Source of the DNA: Gemmatimonadaceae bacterium
Lineage (GTDB): Bacteria; Gemmatimonadota; Gemmatimonadetes; Gemmatimonadales; Gemmatimonadaceae
Length of the DNA stretch: 47,407 bases
NCBI GenBank assembly: GCA_033763905.1
Contig: JANRJP010000001.1
Location: forward strand, 1 to 47,407
Reading direction: 5' to 3'
Shown: positions 1-9,997 of the stretch, piece after piece
Layout: each line of letters begins with the position of its first letter
How positions within the stretch are numbered: position 1 is the first letter of the stretch
Program-made: the position numbers and the translations under genes
Notes under the pieces: model-generated
The model's database searches: none
What the model was told of the DNA's origin: nothing
The model's input: the letters and a program-made list of their open reading frames with translations, nothing else

Positions 1-1
1 G

Positions 2-673
2 GCGCGATTCGTCGCGCGGTTGCTGCCGTCGTCGTCGCGCGGCGGGCGCGAAGTCGTCGAGGCGCTGATCATCGACGTGATGCGCACCCGCCAGGCACTG
101 GGGCTTGCCTCGACGCTCGCGTTCTTCTGGTTCTCGACGCGTCTCTTTGGCGTCCTGCGCGTTGTGATGGCGCGGGTCTTCCACGAGGATGACCCGCGCA
201 CGTTTGTCTCGGGAATCATTCACGATTTCCGCCTGACGGTGATTTCCGCGTTGCTCGGTGTGGCCTGGGTGGCCACGAGCGCCCTGCTTGGGGCGGCGGG
301 TGAGCGCGGCGCGGTATTGCTGTCCCGCATCGGCGTCGTGATGCCGCCGATGGACGGGCTGCGGGCGCTCGCGGGCCATCTGCTGGCGTTTACGCTCGTG
401 ACGGCCGTGTTCTACGGCCTGTACACCTCGCTGCCGCGACGTCGCATCCCGTGGCGCTCAGGCTTGGTGGCCGCCCTGTCGGCGACGGTCGCATTGGAGT
501 TCGCCAAGTCCGCGTTCGGCGCCGCGCTGCAGCACACGACCACGCTCACGGTGTACACGGCGTCGGTTGCGGCCGTATTCGTCGTGATGTTCTGGGCCTA
601 TTACGTCGCATTGATCTTCGTGCTGGGCGGCGAAGTGCTCGAGGCCCTCGAAACCAGTCCCACCTCTGCCTGA
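2..673 (+). CDS. YihY/BrkB-family inner membrane protein, 5'-truncated
   Basis: Frame is open from base 2. Several TM segments and a YihY-like C-terminus (LYTSLPRRRIPWR...FWAYYVALIFVLGGEV). Confidence 0.8.
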   Translation, partial: ARFVARLLPSSSRGGREVVEALIIDVMRTRQALGLASTLAFFWFSTRLFGVLRVVMARVFHEDDPRTFVSGIIHDFRLTVISALLGVAWVATSALLGAAGERGAVLLSRIGVVMPPMDGLRALAGHLLAFTLVTAVFYGLYTSLPRRRIPWRSGLVAALSATVALEFAKSAFGAALQHTTTLTVYTASVAAVFVVMFWAYYVALIFVLGGEVLEALETSPTSA

Positions 674-683
674 ACTCCGTCGC

Positions 684-1754
684 GTGATTGCCCTCGACCT
701 GCGCTCCGATACCGTCACTCGTCCGACGCCGGCGATGCGCGCCGTGATGGCCAACGCCGATGTCGGGGACGACGTGCTTGATGGCGATCCCACGGTGCGG
801 GCGCTCGAGGCGGCGTGTGCCGAGCGGCTGGGGATGGACTGGGCACTGTTCGTGCCCACGGGCACGATGGGCAATCTCGTCGGCATCACGCTGGGCTCTC
901 GGCCGGGCACGGAGATCGTGCTCGACGCCAACGCGCACATCATTCACTGGGAGATCGCCGGTCCGGCGATGCTGGCGGGTGTGCAGGTGCGTCCGGTGGC
1001 GCCGTCGGCGCAGGTGATGCGCGCCGCAGATCTGTCGGCGGGCATTCGGCCACGGTCGCCGCACGCGCCGCGCTCCTCGCTGGTCTGTCTCGAGAACACG
1101 CACAACCACGCCGGGGGCGTCGTCACGTCGGCTGCGGATCTGACCGCGCTCGCGCACGTGGCGCGCACGCACGCGTTGGGCGTGCATCTCGACGGCGCCC
1201 GCCTGTGGAACGCGCACATCGCCACCGGTACGCCCCTCGCCGCGTTCACCGCATCGGTGGACACGGTGATGTGCAGTTTCTCCAAGGGGCTGGGCGCACC
1301 GGCGGGCGCCATCATCGCCGGCCGCATCGCGACGCGCGCCGATGCCTACGAGATCCGGAAGCGCCTCGGCGGCGGGATGCGCCAGAGCGGCATCCTCGCC
1401 GCCGGCGCGTGGCACGGACTCACGGAGCACCTCGCGCGCTTGGCCGATGACCACGCGGCCGCGCGTCGGTTCGCCGAGACGCTAGCGTCGCTGGTGCCGC
1501 GCGCCGGCGTCGTTACGCCCGATACCAACATCGTGATGGTGGATCTGCCGGCGCCGGTCGCCGAGGCGGTCGTGGCGCGGGCGGCAGCCGCCGGCGTGCG
1601 AATCGGTGTCTGGCACGCGTCGCGCATTCGCGCCGTGTGGCATCTCGACGCGCCGGCCGAACACGCGGAGGCGGCCGCCACGGTGGTCGCGGACGCGATC
1701 GCGGCGGCCATGGAGGCCGGAGCGCCGAGCGGGCGATCGACGGTGAACGGCTAG
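684..1754 (+). CDS. ltaE: Low-specificity L-threonine aldolase (PLP-dependent)
   Basis: DLRSDTVTRPT, GDDV..DPTV, PTGTMGN, ENTHN, HLDGARLWNA, SFSKGLGAP (PLP Lys), GGGMRQSG. Confidence 0.93.
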   Translation: MIALDLRSDTVTRPTPAMRAVMANADVGDDVLDGDPTVRALEAACAERLGMDWALFVPTGTMGNLVGITLGSRPGTEIVLDANAHIIHWEIAGPAMLAGVQVRPVAPSAQVMRAADLSAGIRPRSPHAPRSSLVCLENTHNHAGGVVTSAADLTALAHVARTHALGVHLDGARLWNAHIATGTPLAAFTASVDTVMCSFSKGLGAPAGAIIAGRIATRADAYEIRKRLGGGMRQSGILAAGAWHGLTEHLARLADDHAAARRFAETLASLVPRAGVVTPDTNIVMVDLPAPVAEAVVARAAAAGVRIGVWHASRIRAVWHLDAPAEHAEAAATVVADAIAAAMEAGAPSGRSTVNG

Positions 1755-2869
1755 CGATCCAGCACGGCCCGCAGCGCTACGACCGCACCGGTGACCCGGG
1801 GCGATCCTTCGCGGAGCGGCGAGACCGCGACATCCGCTGACCGCGAGGGCCGCACCGGTACCGTCCCGACGCGCGTCGTGCGGCCGAGCATCGCGCCCGC
1901 CACGGCGCGTTCGATCGCGGGCGTCCCCAGTGCGGGCCAGGCCTCGGACAAACTGCGGCCGAGCGCTTCCGGCGCCGCGACGCCGGTCAGGCGAACCATC
2001 CCGGCGTTCCAGGTCGTGACGCGACCCAGCGCATCGACCGAGCAGACACCGTCATCGGTGCTCGACACGATCGCGGCGAGCACCCGACGCATCCCGTCGG
2101 TCTCGACCAGTTCCCCGGCGAGCTGCGTCTTTTCGGCGGCCAACAACTCGGAGGTTTCGACGGCGCGCGACATCCGCTGCTCGGCGGCATCCACCGAGCG
2201 TTGATCGGCTTCGACGCGCGCCGAGAGCTCGCGCAGGAGCGGGCGCGTGAGAATCAGCGCCAGCAGCGCCTGCAACACCAGCGCTGCCGACAGCGCGGCG
2301 GCCAATCGGCGCGAGCGATCCGCGCGCGCATCCGCACTGACTTCGATTTCGGCGGTGAGGGCTTCCACCCGGGCCGCGACGTCGGCGCGGGCGAGGCGCA
2401 GGGCCAGCTCGTCGGCAAATCGCCGGTCGCTCGACTGCTGCGCGGCCACGATCCGTGCCGCGCCGGTCAGCGCGACCTGTGCCGCGCGCAGCGAATCGAG
2501 TTGCGGGCGGAGGTCGCCATCGACGAGGCGATCGTGCACCGGCCCGCGCGCCCGCTCGAGCGCGCGTTGCTCGTTGACGCGTCGCCGGATGTGCGTGTCG
2601 AGCGAGTCGGTCCAGCGGAGGCGTTCGTCCTCGTCCATCGCCTGTCCGACGGACTGGCCGTAGGAGGCAATCGCCCACGCGTACATCCGTTGCCGCGTGA
2701 TCAGATTGAGGACGCGCACGTCGTCGCGCATTCGCCCCGACTCGCTCACCGCCAGCGCGACGCCGGCGAGCCCGAGCACGACCGACAACACCGCCGCGAT
2801 CAGGGTGCGGCGTCGGACCTGCCGGATCATTGCGGTGCCGGCGGCGGATGACGTCAGGGGCACGGGCAT
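1751..2869 (-). CDS. Membrane sensor protein: TM, NarX/PilJ-like periplasmic domain, TM, coiled coil, C-terminal PAS; no output domain
   Basis: LNLITRQRM after TM1 resembles the INxAGxQRM motif of PilJ/NarX-type sensor domains. PAS signature IVSSTDDGVCSVDALGRVTTWNAGMVRLTG near the C-terminus. Confidence 0.65.
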   Translation of the reverse strand: MPVPLTSSAAGTAMIRQVRRRTLIAAVLSVVLGLAGVALAVSESGRMRDDVRVLNLITRQRMYAWAIASYGQSVGQAMDEDERLRWTDSLDTHIRRRVNEQRALERARGPVHDRLVDGDLRPQLDSLRAAQVALTGAARIVAAQQSSDRRFADELALRLARADVAARVEALTAEIEVSADARADRSRRLAAALSAALVLQALLALILTRPLLRELSARVEADQRSVDAAEQRMSRAVETSELLAAEKTQLAGELVETDGMRRVLAAIVSSTDDGVCSVDALGRVTTWNAGMVRLTGVAAPEALGRSLSEAWPALGTPAIERAVAGAMLGRTTRVGTVPVRPSRSADVAVSPLREGSPRVTGAVVALRAVLDR

Positions 2870-2875
2870 CGGTGT

Positions 2876-4378
2876 TCAGGCGATCGGCAACGTGACGACG
2901 AATCGGCTGCCGCCGCGGACGCCGTCTTCGACGTGGATGCGCCCGCCGTGCGCTTCCGCGATGGCGCGCGAGATGCTCAAGCCCAGCCCGGCGCCGCCGA
3001 GGCGCTTCGCGTCGTCCCGATGCACCTGCGCGAAGCGCTCGAAGATTCGCTCCCGCTGTTCCAAGGGGACCCCACGGCCTTCGTCGGTCACGCGAATGGC
3101 CAGACTGCGCGCGCCGACCGGTTGCGCGTCGAGCGTGACCGTGCCGCCGGCCGGAGAGAACTTGATCGCATTGCCGACGAGGTTGCGGACCACCTGCTGC
3201 ATTCTCGGCAGGTCGATGGCGATCTGCGCAGACACCGGCTCGGCGCGCAGTGTCACGGACGCCTCGGCGGCGCGCGCGGCGTGGACTTCGATGGCATCGT
3301 CGAACAGCGCCTGCACCTCGGTCGGCGCGCGGTCGATCGTGACCTGCCCGGCTTCGAGCCGCTCGAGATCCAGCAGGTCGGTCACGAGCCGCTCGAGGCG
3401 CTCGACGTTGCGCACGGCGAGCGGCACCAGCGAGGCGGCTTGTCCCTCGGCCGCCGCAGGGCTGGCCGCCAGAATGCCGAGCGCTCCGCGCAGTGAGGTG
3501 AGCGGCGCGCGGAGCTCGTGTGCGACCACGCCAATGAGCTCCGCCTGCAAGCGCTGCGACTGCACGTCGGCGCTGACGTCACGGAACGAACAGACGACCG
3601 TGCTGTCGGCGTCGCTGGGGTCGAGCAAGACCGCGTTGACGTCGAGCCAGAGGCGCGAGCCGGGCGCCGCCGCGCGCGGGCCGCGGAGCACGATCATCCG
3701 ATCCCCGATGATCGTCCGGCGTTCGCGCAGCGCGACGAACGCCGGATGCGCCTCGCGTGGTCGATGGGCGCCTTCGGCGTCGAACATCCGCCACGGGAAC
3801 GACAGCAGGTTGCGGCCCATCACGTCGTCGGCGTTGACCCCGAGCAAGGCCGCCGCCGCGGGATTGAGAAACTGCACCGTCGCTTCGGCGTCGAGCACGG
3901 CGACGCCTTCGCGCAGGCCTTCGAGCGTGGCGCGATGGCGCCGCTCGGCGTCGCGGGCGAGGCCTTGCATTGCCCGCTCGGCGGTGATGTCCCGAAGCAC
4001 GGTGCGCGTCCAGAGCAACGCGCCCGTCGCGGGGTCGCGCTTCGCTTCGGATTGCACCGAGACCAGGATGCGCTGGCCGCGCCGCGTGTACATCACCTCT
4101 TCGATCGTGAGGACTTCGCCCGCGGCGAGCCGCGCGAAGTTGTCGGTCGCGCGCCCGCGACGCTCGGGCGCGATGACGTCGACCATCGGCAGCCCCGCGG
4201 CGATCTCCGAGGCCTCGTAGCCCAAGGTGTCGAGCCACGCCTGGTTGGCCCAGCGGATGATGCCGTGGGCGTCGCTGCTGTGAATCATCGCGCCTGCGGC
4301 AAACGCGACGTCGGCGAGGTGCGCGTCGGAGCCGAAGGGCGGGATGCTCGTGGCAGTGCCGGGGGTCGGGGCGCTCAC
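2876..4378 (-). CDS. PAS-PAS sensor histidine kinase (start uncertain: GTG at 4378, 4387 or 4396)
   Basis: Two PAS domains, H-box AHELRAPL, N-box NLVGNAIKF, DEGRGV, FERFAQ, GAGLGLSI. The ORF-track extension to 4519 overlaps the upstream gene. Confidence 0.9.
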   Translation of the reverse strand: MSAPTPGTATSIPPFGSDAHLADVAFAAGAMIHSSDAHGIIRWANQAWLDTLGYEASEIAAGLPMVDVIAPERRGRATDNFARLAAGEVLTIEEVMYTRRGQRILVSVQSEAKRDPATGALLWTRTVLRDITAERAMQGLARDAERRHRATLEGLREGVAVLDAEATVQFLNPAAAALLGVNADDVMGRNLLSFPWRMFDAEGAHRPREAHPAFVALRERRTIIGDRMIVLRGPRAAAPGSRLWLDVNAVLLDPSDADSTVVCSFRDVSADVQSQRLQAELIGVVAHELRAPLTSLRGALGILAASPAAAEGQAASLVPLAVRNVERLERLVTDLLDLERLEAGQVTIDRAPTEVQALFDDAIEVHAARAAEASVTLRAEPVSAQIAIDLPRMQQVVRNLVGNAIKFSPAGGTVTLDAQPVGARSLAIRVTDEGRGVPLEQRERIFERFAQVHRDDAKRLGGAGLGLSISRAIAEAHGGRIHVEDGVRGGSRFVVTLPIA

Positions 4379-4388
4379 GTCTCGCACG

Positions 4389-5081
4389 TTAGGCACCAAT
4401 CGGAGCGAGGTCGAGGCCCATCGCGCCGCGCATCGCGCCGCTGAGCACGGCCACCGGCGCTCGCCCCAGCGCCAACGGGGCCAGCGGCGACGACGCGTCG
4501 GTCTCCACCGCGGCGGCACAGAGGCCGAAGTGTCCCCGCATCGTGGAGCGGAAACGCCACGGGGCGCCGTCGATCATCGTGATCGTCGGCCCTCCGAGGG
4601 TCACCTCGAGTCCGACGCGCGCGCGGCCGTACGCAATGCGGGCGATCGGCACGCCGTCCGCCCGCGTGATGTGCGCCTCGTCCGGGGCCGTGCCGCGCCA
4701 CGCGAACGTCGCCAGTTCCTTCGGCAGTCCCATCCGGCGGCCGCCGGTGACGGAGTCGGCGCTATCGACGTAGATCTGCGTGACGAACGGCGCGACGCGA
4801 CGCCCCGCGCGAACCAGCGCGCCGGCGACCACCAGCTCGTGGTACTCGAGGGTGCTCTCGGGGCCGTAGTACGACAGCAGCGTGGCCCCGAGCGTGTAGC
4901 CGGGGAACACGGGCACGATGCGCAGGGGCGGCGGCACCATTGGTCGCACGGCGTCGATGCGGACGAGATGTGCGGTCAGCAGCGTGTGCGTCGGGCCGAC
5001 CGGCAACCAGACCTCGCCCCGCTCCGGAATGGAGCCGGGCCGGGCCGGCCGATTCGTCGTTGGAGGAGATTCCCGTGGCAT
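4389..5081 (-). CDS. Acetoacetate decarboxylase-like family protein
   Basis: LEYHEL, IYVDS..SVTGGRRMGLPKE (Schiff-base Lys motif), beta-rich sequence. Confidence 0.75.
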   Translation of the reverse strand: MPRESPPTTNRPARPGSIPERGEVWLPVGPTHTLLTAHLVRIDAVRPMVPPPLRIVPVFPGYTLGATLLSYYGPESTLEYHELVVAGALVRAGRRVAPFVTQIYVDSADSVTGGRRMGLPKELATFAWRGTAPDEAHITRADGVPIARIAYGRARVGLEVTLGGPTITMIDGAPWRFRSTMRGHFGLCAAAVETDASSPLAPLALGRAPVAVLSGAMRGAMGLDLAPIGA

Positions 5082-5090
5082 CGGTGCGTG

Positions 5091-5099
5091 TGCTATATT
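5091..5099 (+). promoter_or_regulatory. Extended -10 element (TGnTATATT) for the SRP RNA
   Basis: tgctatatt lies directly upstream of the SRP RNA 5' end. Confidence 0.5.
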
Positions 5100-5101
5100 C
5101 T

Positions 5102-5205
5102 CAGTGCTCCAGGTCCCGGAGGGCGCGAGTCCACCAACCCCGTCAGGACCGGAAGGTAGCAGCGGTACGTGCGGCGGACGTTGCTCCGTCAGGCCTGGAG
5201 TATTG
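5102..5205 (+). ncRNA. ffs: Small bacterial SRP RNA (4.5S)
   Basis: Domain IV motif GTCAGGACCGGAAGGTAGCAGC (5142-5163). Terminal stem cagtgctccagg/cctggagtattg. Position upstream of dnaX is a known arrangement. Confidence 0.93.
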
Positions 5206-5290
5206 CGCGGGAGCCGATCGCCGGAATGCCGGCGGCGGCCCCGCGCAAGTCGTTTCCGCCCCTCGACAGCCGACGTAACTTCGGGGTCCG

Positions 5291-7063
5291 ATGCTCGCCC
5301 TTGCCCGCAAGTACCGCCCGCGCTCGTTCGCCGCCGTGGCCGTGCAGTCGCACGTGGCGAACACGCTCAAGAACGCGATCGAGCGCGACCGAGTCGCGCA
5401 CGGGTACCTCTTCTGCGGGCCCCGCGGCACGGGCAAGACGACCCTCGCCCGCGTGCTGGCGATGGCCCTCAACTGTCCGAATCGCCAAGCGGGCGAGCCC
5501 TGTGGCCGGTGCGAGAGTTGCTCGCGCATCTGGGCCGGCTCGGCGTCGCTGGATGTGGTCGAGATCGACGCGGCCTCGAACCGCGGTGTCGACGACGCGC
5601 GCGAACTGCGCGAGCGCGCGATGTACGCCCCGTCGGCGGACGATCGCTACAAGGTGTACATCGTCGACGAAGCGCATATGCTCACCCGCGAGGCGTGGAA
5701 TGCGCTGCTCAAGGTGCTCGAGGAGCCGCCGCCGCGCGTGGTCTTCGCCTTCGCCACGACCGAGCCGCACAAGATCGCGCAGACGGCGCAGCCGGTGCTG
5801 TCGCGACTGCAGCGCTTCGACCTCAAGCGCATCGGCCCCGCCGAAGTGAAGGATCGCCTCGCGGCCGTGCTCAAGGACGAACAGGTCGACGCGCATCCGG
5901 ACGCGCTCGCGTTGATCGCCCGGGCCGCCGATGGGTCGCTCCGCGACGCGCTGTCGCTCACCGATCAGGTGCTGGCCCTCGGGGAAGGGGCGGTCACCGC
6001 GGACCGCGTCCGGGAAGCCCTCGGACTCGTGCCCGAGGACGAGTACGTCGCCCTGCTCGACATCATCGCCGAGCGTCGAGCGGGGGATGTCTTCGCGGCC
6101 ATTGGTCGGCTGGCAGACGCGGGCGTGGATTTCGGACAGTTTCTCGCGGGCCTCGCCGACGTGCTGCGGGCACAGCTCGCCGTGACACTGGGCGGCACCC
6201 CGACCGAGGGTTCGCAGCGGCTACACGAGGCGCTGGCCGCACGGCGTGAGCGCTTCGCGGCGGCCGATCTCCTGCGGATGCTGCACGCGCTCCTGGAGTT
6301 GGAGCCCCGCTTCCGGAAGAGCGGGCAGCCGCGCGCGCTCCTCGAAGCATTGCTCGTCCGGTTCGCGCTGCAGGACTCCAGCGTGGCGCTCGACGATGTG
6401 CTCCGGGCGCTCGGCGGCGGTGGCGGCGGCGACCGCGGCAGCTCGCGTGGTGGGGGGGACGAGCGACCGGCCGCGGCTCGGCGGGCGGCACCGCCCGAGG
6501 CGTCACTGCGAATGGCGGGCCCGGAGCGCGAAGTGCGGAGCGCCCCACCGATCGTGGCCGATCGCGCTCCGGTGTCGCCGCCCGTGCCGACGCCCGTCCC
6601 CCGAGCCGCGCCGGCGCCAGCCGAGGCGTCTCTGGCGGGACCGCCGGCTGCCCGGACGCCCTCGGCAATGCGGCCCACCGGCTCGCCGCCGTCGTTGGGG
6701 CTGCTGGCCGAGCGCTGGGGAGTCGTGGCCGACGAGGCCCGCAACCGTGGACGCGCCGCGTTGGCCGGCGTCCTCGCGCACGCGACGCCGGTAGGGGCCT
6801 CGGCACAGGGGCTGCTGACGCTGGAGGTGCCTGACGACGCGTCCCGCGACGCGCTCGAAGGGGGCAAGGGGGACGTCCTCGCGGCGGCCCAACTGCTGTG
6901 GCCCGGCTTCGAGCGGCTGTCCGTGCAGGTCGCGCTCGACGACTCGGCGCCCCGTCGTCTGACCGCCGAATCGGTCAAGGCCGAGCGGACGGAGCGGTTG
7001 CGGCGGTCGCACCCCGTGCTAGGGGCGGCGATCGACGCGCTGGATCTGGAGCTTCTCGACTGA
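5291..7063 (+). CDS. dnaX: DNA polymerase III subunit gamma/tau
   Basis: LARKYRP, GPRGTGKTT, Cys Zn motif, EIDAASNRGVDD, IVDEAHML, LLKVLEEPP; Pro/Ala-rich linker in the C-terminal half. Confidence 0.97.
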   Translation: MLALARKYRPRSFAAVAVQSHVANTLKNAIERDRVAHGYLFCGPRGTGKTTLARVLAMALNCPNRQAGEPCGRCESCSRIWAGSASLDVVEIDAASNRGVDDARELRERAMYAPSADDRYKVYIVDEAHMLTREAWNALLKVLEEPPPRVVFAFATTEPHKIAQTAQPVLSRLQRFDLKRIGPAEVKDRLAAVLKDEQVDAHPDALALIARAADGSLRDALSLTDQVLALGEGAVTADRVREALGLVPEDEYVALLDIIAERRAGDVFAAIGRLADAGVDFGQFLAGLADVLRAQLAVTLGGTPTEGSQRLHEALAARRERFAAADLLRMLHALLELEPRFRKSGQPRALLEALLVRFALQDSSVALDDVLRALGGGGGGDRGSSRGGGDERPAAARRAAPPEASLRMAGPEREVRSAPPIVADRAPVSPPVPTPVPRAAPAPAEASLAGPPAARTPSAMRPTGSPPSLGLLAERWGVVADEARNRGRAALAGVLAHATPVGASAQGLLTLEVPDDASRDALEGGKGDVLAAAQLLWPGFERLSVQVALDDSAPRRLTAESVKAERTERLRRSHPVLGAAIDALDLELLD

Positions 7064-7143
7064 CCGTCGCTTGCCGCGCGGTTCGGCGGCCCGGTACCTT
7101 ATTTGGTCGGTCCGTTTCCCTCTGCATTCCCGAGTCAGCGCCC

Positions 7144-7467
7144 GTGGATTTCCTCAAGTTGATGCAGCAGGCCCAGCAGATGCAGGCCAAGATGCAGCAG
7201 CTCCAGGCTGAGCTTGCCGTCCGGCGCGTGACCGGGACGGCGGCAGGGGGCAAGTGCACCGTGACGCTGGACGGTCACGGGCAGGTGCAGGGCGTGACGA
7301 TCGATCCGGCGCTGGTGGCGACGGGCGATGCGTCGGTGCTGGAAGATCTGGTGCTGGTCGCGATTCGCGATGCGCAGGCGAAGGCGCAGGCGCTGCAGGG
7401 CGAAGAGATGGGCAAGCTGACCGGCGGGATGCAGCTCCCGTTCGGACTCAAGATGCCGATGATGTGA
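7144..7467 (+). CDS. ybaB: YbaB/EbfC nucleoid-associated protein
   Basis: GTG start; LMQQAQQMQAKM...LEDLVLVAIRDA; lies between dnaX and recR. Confidence 0.92.
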   Translation: MDFLKLMQQAQQMQAKMQQLQAELAVRRVTGTAAGGKCTVTLDGHGQVQGVTIDPALVATGDASVLEDLVLVAIRDAQAKAQALQGEEMGKLTGGMQLPFGLKMPMM

Positions 7468-7468
7468 C

Positions 7469-8059
7469 GTGTCGGCGATTGACGATCTCGCCGCGGAGTT
7501 CGCGCGGCTCCCGGGCATCGGCCGCAAGACGGCGTTGCGCTTGACGTATCACCTGCTGAAGCAGCCGGCGGAGCAGAACCGGCGGTTGGCGGCGTCGATC
7601 ACGACGCTGGTCGAGCGGGTGCATCCGTGTGCGCGATGCTTCAACTTGGCGGAAGGCGAGCTGTGTGCGGTCTGTCGCGATCCGCGTCGGGATCCGGCGG
7701 TGGTCTGTGTGGTCGAAGAGCCGGCCGACATCTCGGCGATCGAGCGCGCGGGGGAGTATCGCGGCACCTATCACGTGCTCGGCGGGCGGCTGTCGCCGCT
7801 GGACGGCGTGGGGCCCGCGCAGTTGACGGTGGATGCGTTGACGGAGCGGGTGGGGCAGGGCGTCGTGCGCGAGGTGATTCTGGCGACGAATCCCAGTCTG
7901 GAAGGCGAGGCGACGGCGCTGTATGTGCAGCGCCAGTTGGCGGGACGGGCGGTCCGCGTGACGCGGATTGCGCGTGGCCTGCCGGTCGGCGGCGACCTGG
8001 AGTTCGCCGACGGCGTCACGATTGCACAGGCGCTGCAAGCGCGCCGGGAAATGGTCTGA
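7469..8059 (+). CDS. recR: Recombination mediator RecR
   Basis: LPGIGRKTALR HhH, C4 zinc finger, YHVLGG.LSPLDG, EVILATNP.LEGEATA, RIARGLPVGGDLE. Confidence 0.97.
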   Translation: MSAIDDLAAEFARLPGIGRKTALRLTYHLLKQPAEQNRRLAASITTLVERVHPCARCFNLAEGELCAVCRDPRRDPAVVCVVEEPADISAIERAGEYRGTYHVLGGRLSPLDGVGPAQLTVDALTERVGQGVVREVILATNPSLEGEATALYVQRQLAGRAVRVTRIARGLPVGGDLEFADGVTIAQALQARREMV

Positions 8060-8100
8060 TGCAGCGCGTGTTGTTCACCACCGATCTCGGAATCGACTGA
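8059..8100 (+). CDS. Putative 13-aa bridging mini-ORF (MQRVLFTTDLGID)
   Basis: Its ATG overlaps the recR stop (TGATG) and its TGA overlaps the mglB ATG (TGATG). Confidence 0.4.
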   Translation: MQRVLFTTDLGID

Positions 8101-8588
8101 TGGCGCCTGGAGCATCCAGCTGGAGTTTCACCGAGGGCGATTACAACGCCCTCACCGAAGTGCTGCAGCGCTTCTTGCGCGACAGCAACACGCGTACGGC
8201 GCTGCTGGTGGACCGTACCGGGCAGCTGGTGGCCACGGTGGGCGAGACGCCGCACTTCGATCCGACGGCGTTTGCGACGCTGACCGCTGCCGACTTCTCG
8301 GCGAACGATCAGCTGGCGAAGCTGATCGGCGAGACCGACTTCAACTCGCTGTTCCACCAGGGGGAGAAGGAGTCGATGTACCTCGCCGACGTTGCGCGGC
8401 GCGTGATTCTGTGCGTGTTGTTCGACAATCGCACGACGCTCGGGCTCGTGCGGCTCAAGCTGAAGGGCACGGTCGAAGAGCTGCACAAGCTCTTCGAGCA
8501 GGTGTTTGCGCGCGGCCAGGATGGCGGCGCGGCGGCGGGGGGCCTGTTGGCCGGCGCCGATGATGAAATCGACAAGCTGTTCCAGTAG
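8100..8588 (+). CDS. mglB: Roadblock/LC7 GTPase-activating protein MglB
   Basis: ALLVDRTGQLVA, LAKLIGETDF..LFHQGEK, LFDNRTTLGLVRL, C-terminal DDEIDKLF; immediately upstream of mglA. Confidence 0.9.
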   Translation: MAPGASSWSFTEGDYNALTEVLQRFLRDSNTRTALLVDRTGQLVATVGETPHFDPTAFATLTAADFSANDQLAKLIGETDFNSLFHQGEKESMYLADVARRVILCVLFDNRTTLGLVRLKLKGTVEELHKLFEQVFARGQDGGAAAGGLLAGADDEIDKLFQ

Positions 8589-8600
8589 GAGGCGCCCCGT

Positions 8601-9278
<678 letters not shown>

Positions 9279-9297
9279 GCCGACGGGAGCCGCGGTC

Positions 9298-9990
9298 GTG
9301 AATCTGCCCACGCTCATCACCGTCGCGCGCATCGTGCTCGCGCCGGTGGTGGCGTTGCTGGCGCTGGTGCCGTCGGCCACGGTGCGCTTCGGCGCCTTCG
9401 TGCTGTATCTGCTCGTCGCGGTGTCGGACTACTGGGACGGGCAGTTGGCGCGGCAGCGAGGCGAAGTGAGCGACTTGGGCAAGGTGCTCGATCCGCTGGC
9501 GGACAAGCTCTTCCTCGTCTGCGTGCTCGCCGCGATGTACGTGCTGCAGGCGCCGGCGGGTGGCCCAGGCGCTGCGTTGGTGGCGCCCGGGCAGGCGGGC
9601 ACCTTTCCCTATCGCACGAGTTGGATCGGCCCGGTGCACTTGCCGCTGTGGATCGTGCTGGTCGTACTCGCGCGCGAAGTCGTGATGACGATTTTCCGCT
9701 CGATGATGCAGAAGCGCGGCATCGTGATCGGTGCGAGCAAGACGGCGAAGTGGAAGACCGGCTTCCAGTTCATCTGGATGGGCGCGGCCTACCACTGGTT
9801 CTTCCTGCACACTTGGGCGACCTCCGCGCGCTGGGATCTGGCCTCCACCGGCTGGGCGATGCTGGCGGCGTTCAATACCGTGGTCGCTGTCGGCGCGATG
9901 GCGGGCGCGATCATTCTCACCTTCTGGTCGCTCGGCGAGTACGTCGTGCGCTACGGCACGCCGTGGGCGCCCGCGCCGACGCGGCGCTGA
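9298..9990 (+). CDS. pgsA: CDP-alcohol phosphatidyltransferase (PgsA-like)
   Basis: MNLPTLITVARI, SDYWDGQLAR....SDLGKVLDPLADK; upstream of cinA. Confidence 0.88.
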   Translation: MNLPTLITVARIVLAPVVALLALVPSATVRFGAFVLYLLVAVSDYWDGQLARQRGEVSDLGKVLDPLADKLFLVCVLAAMYVLQAPAGGPGAALVAPGQAGTFPYRTSWIGPVHLPLWIVLVVLAREVVMTIFRSMMQKRGIVIGASKTAKWKTGFQFIWMGAAYHWFFLHTWATSARWDLASTGWAMLAAFNTVVAVGAMAGAIILTFWSLGEYVVRYGTPWAPAPTRR

Positions 9991-9997
9991 CGGGCAC

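Noticed and set aside
2697..4220. Long antisense or alternate-frame ORFs here and elsewhere (e.g. 8016-9380, 10412-11869, 14213-15637, 32940-34481, 44832-46259)
   Set aside because: Shadow ORFs expected at high GC; they overlap well-supported genes and show no recognisable motifs.
5206..5246. GC-rich hairpin between ffs and dnaX as a separate RNA element
   Set aside because: No U-tract or recognisable motif; such hairpins arise readily at this GC content.
6452..6458. G7 run in dnaX as a gamma/tau frameshift or slippage site
   Set aside because: It lies in a Gly-rich linker of a high-GC gene. Known dnaX signals are A AAA AAG or long A/T runs, and I saw none.
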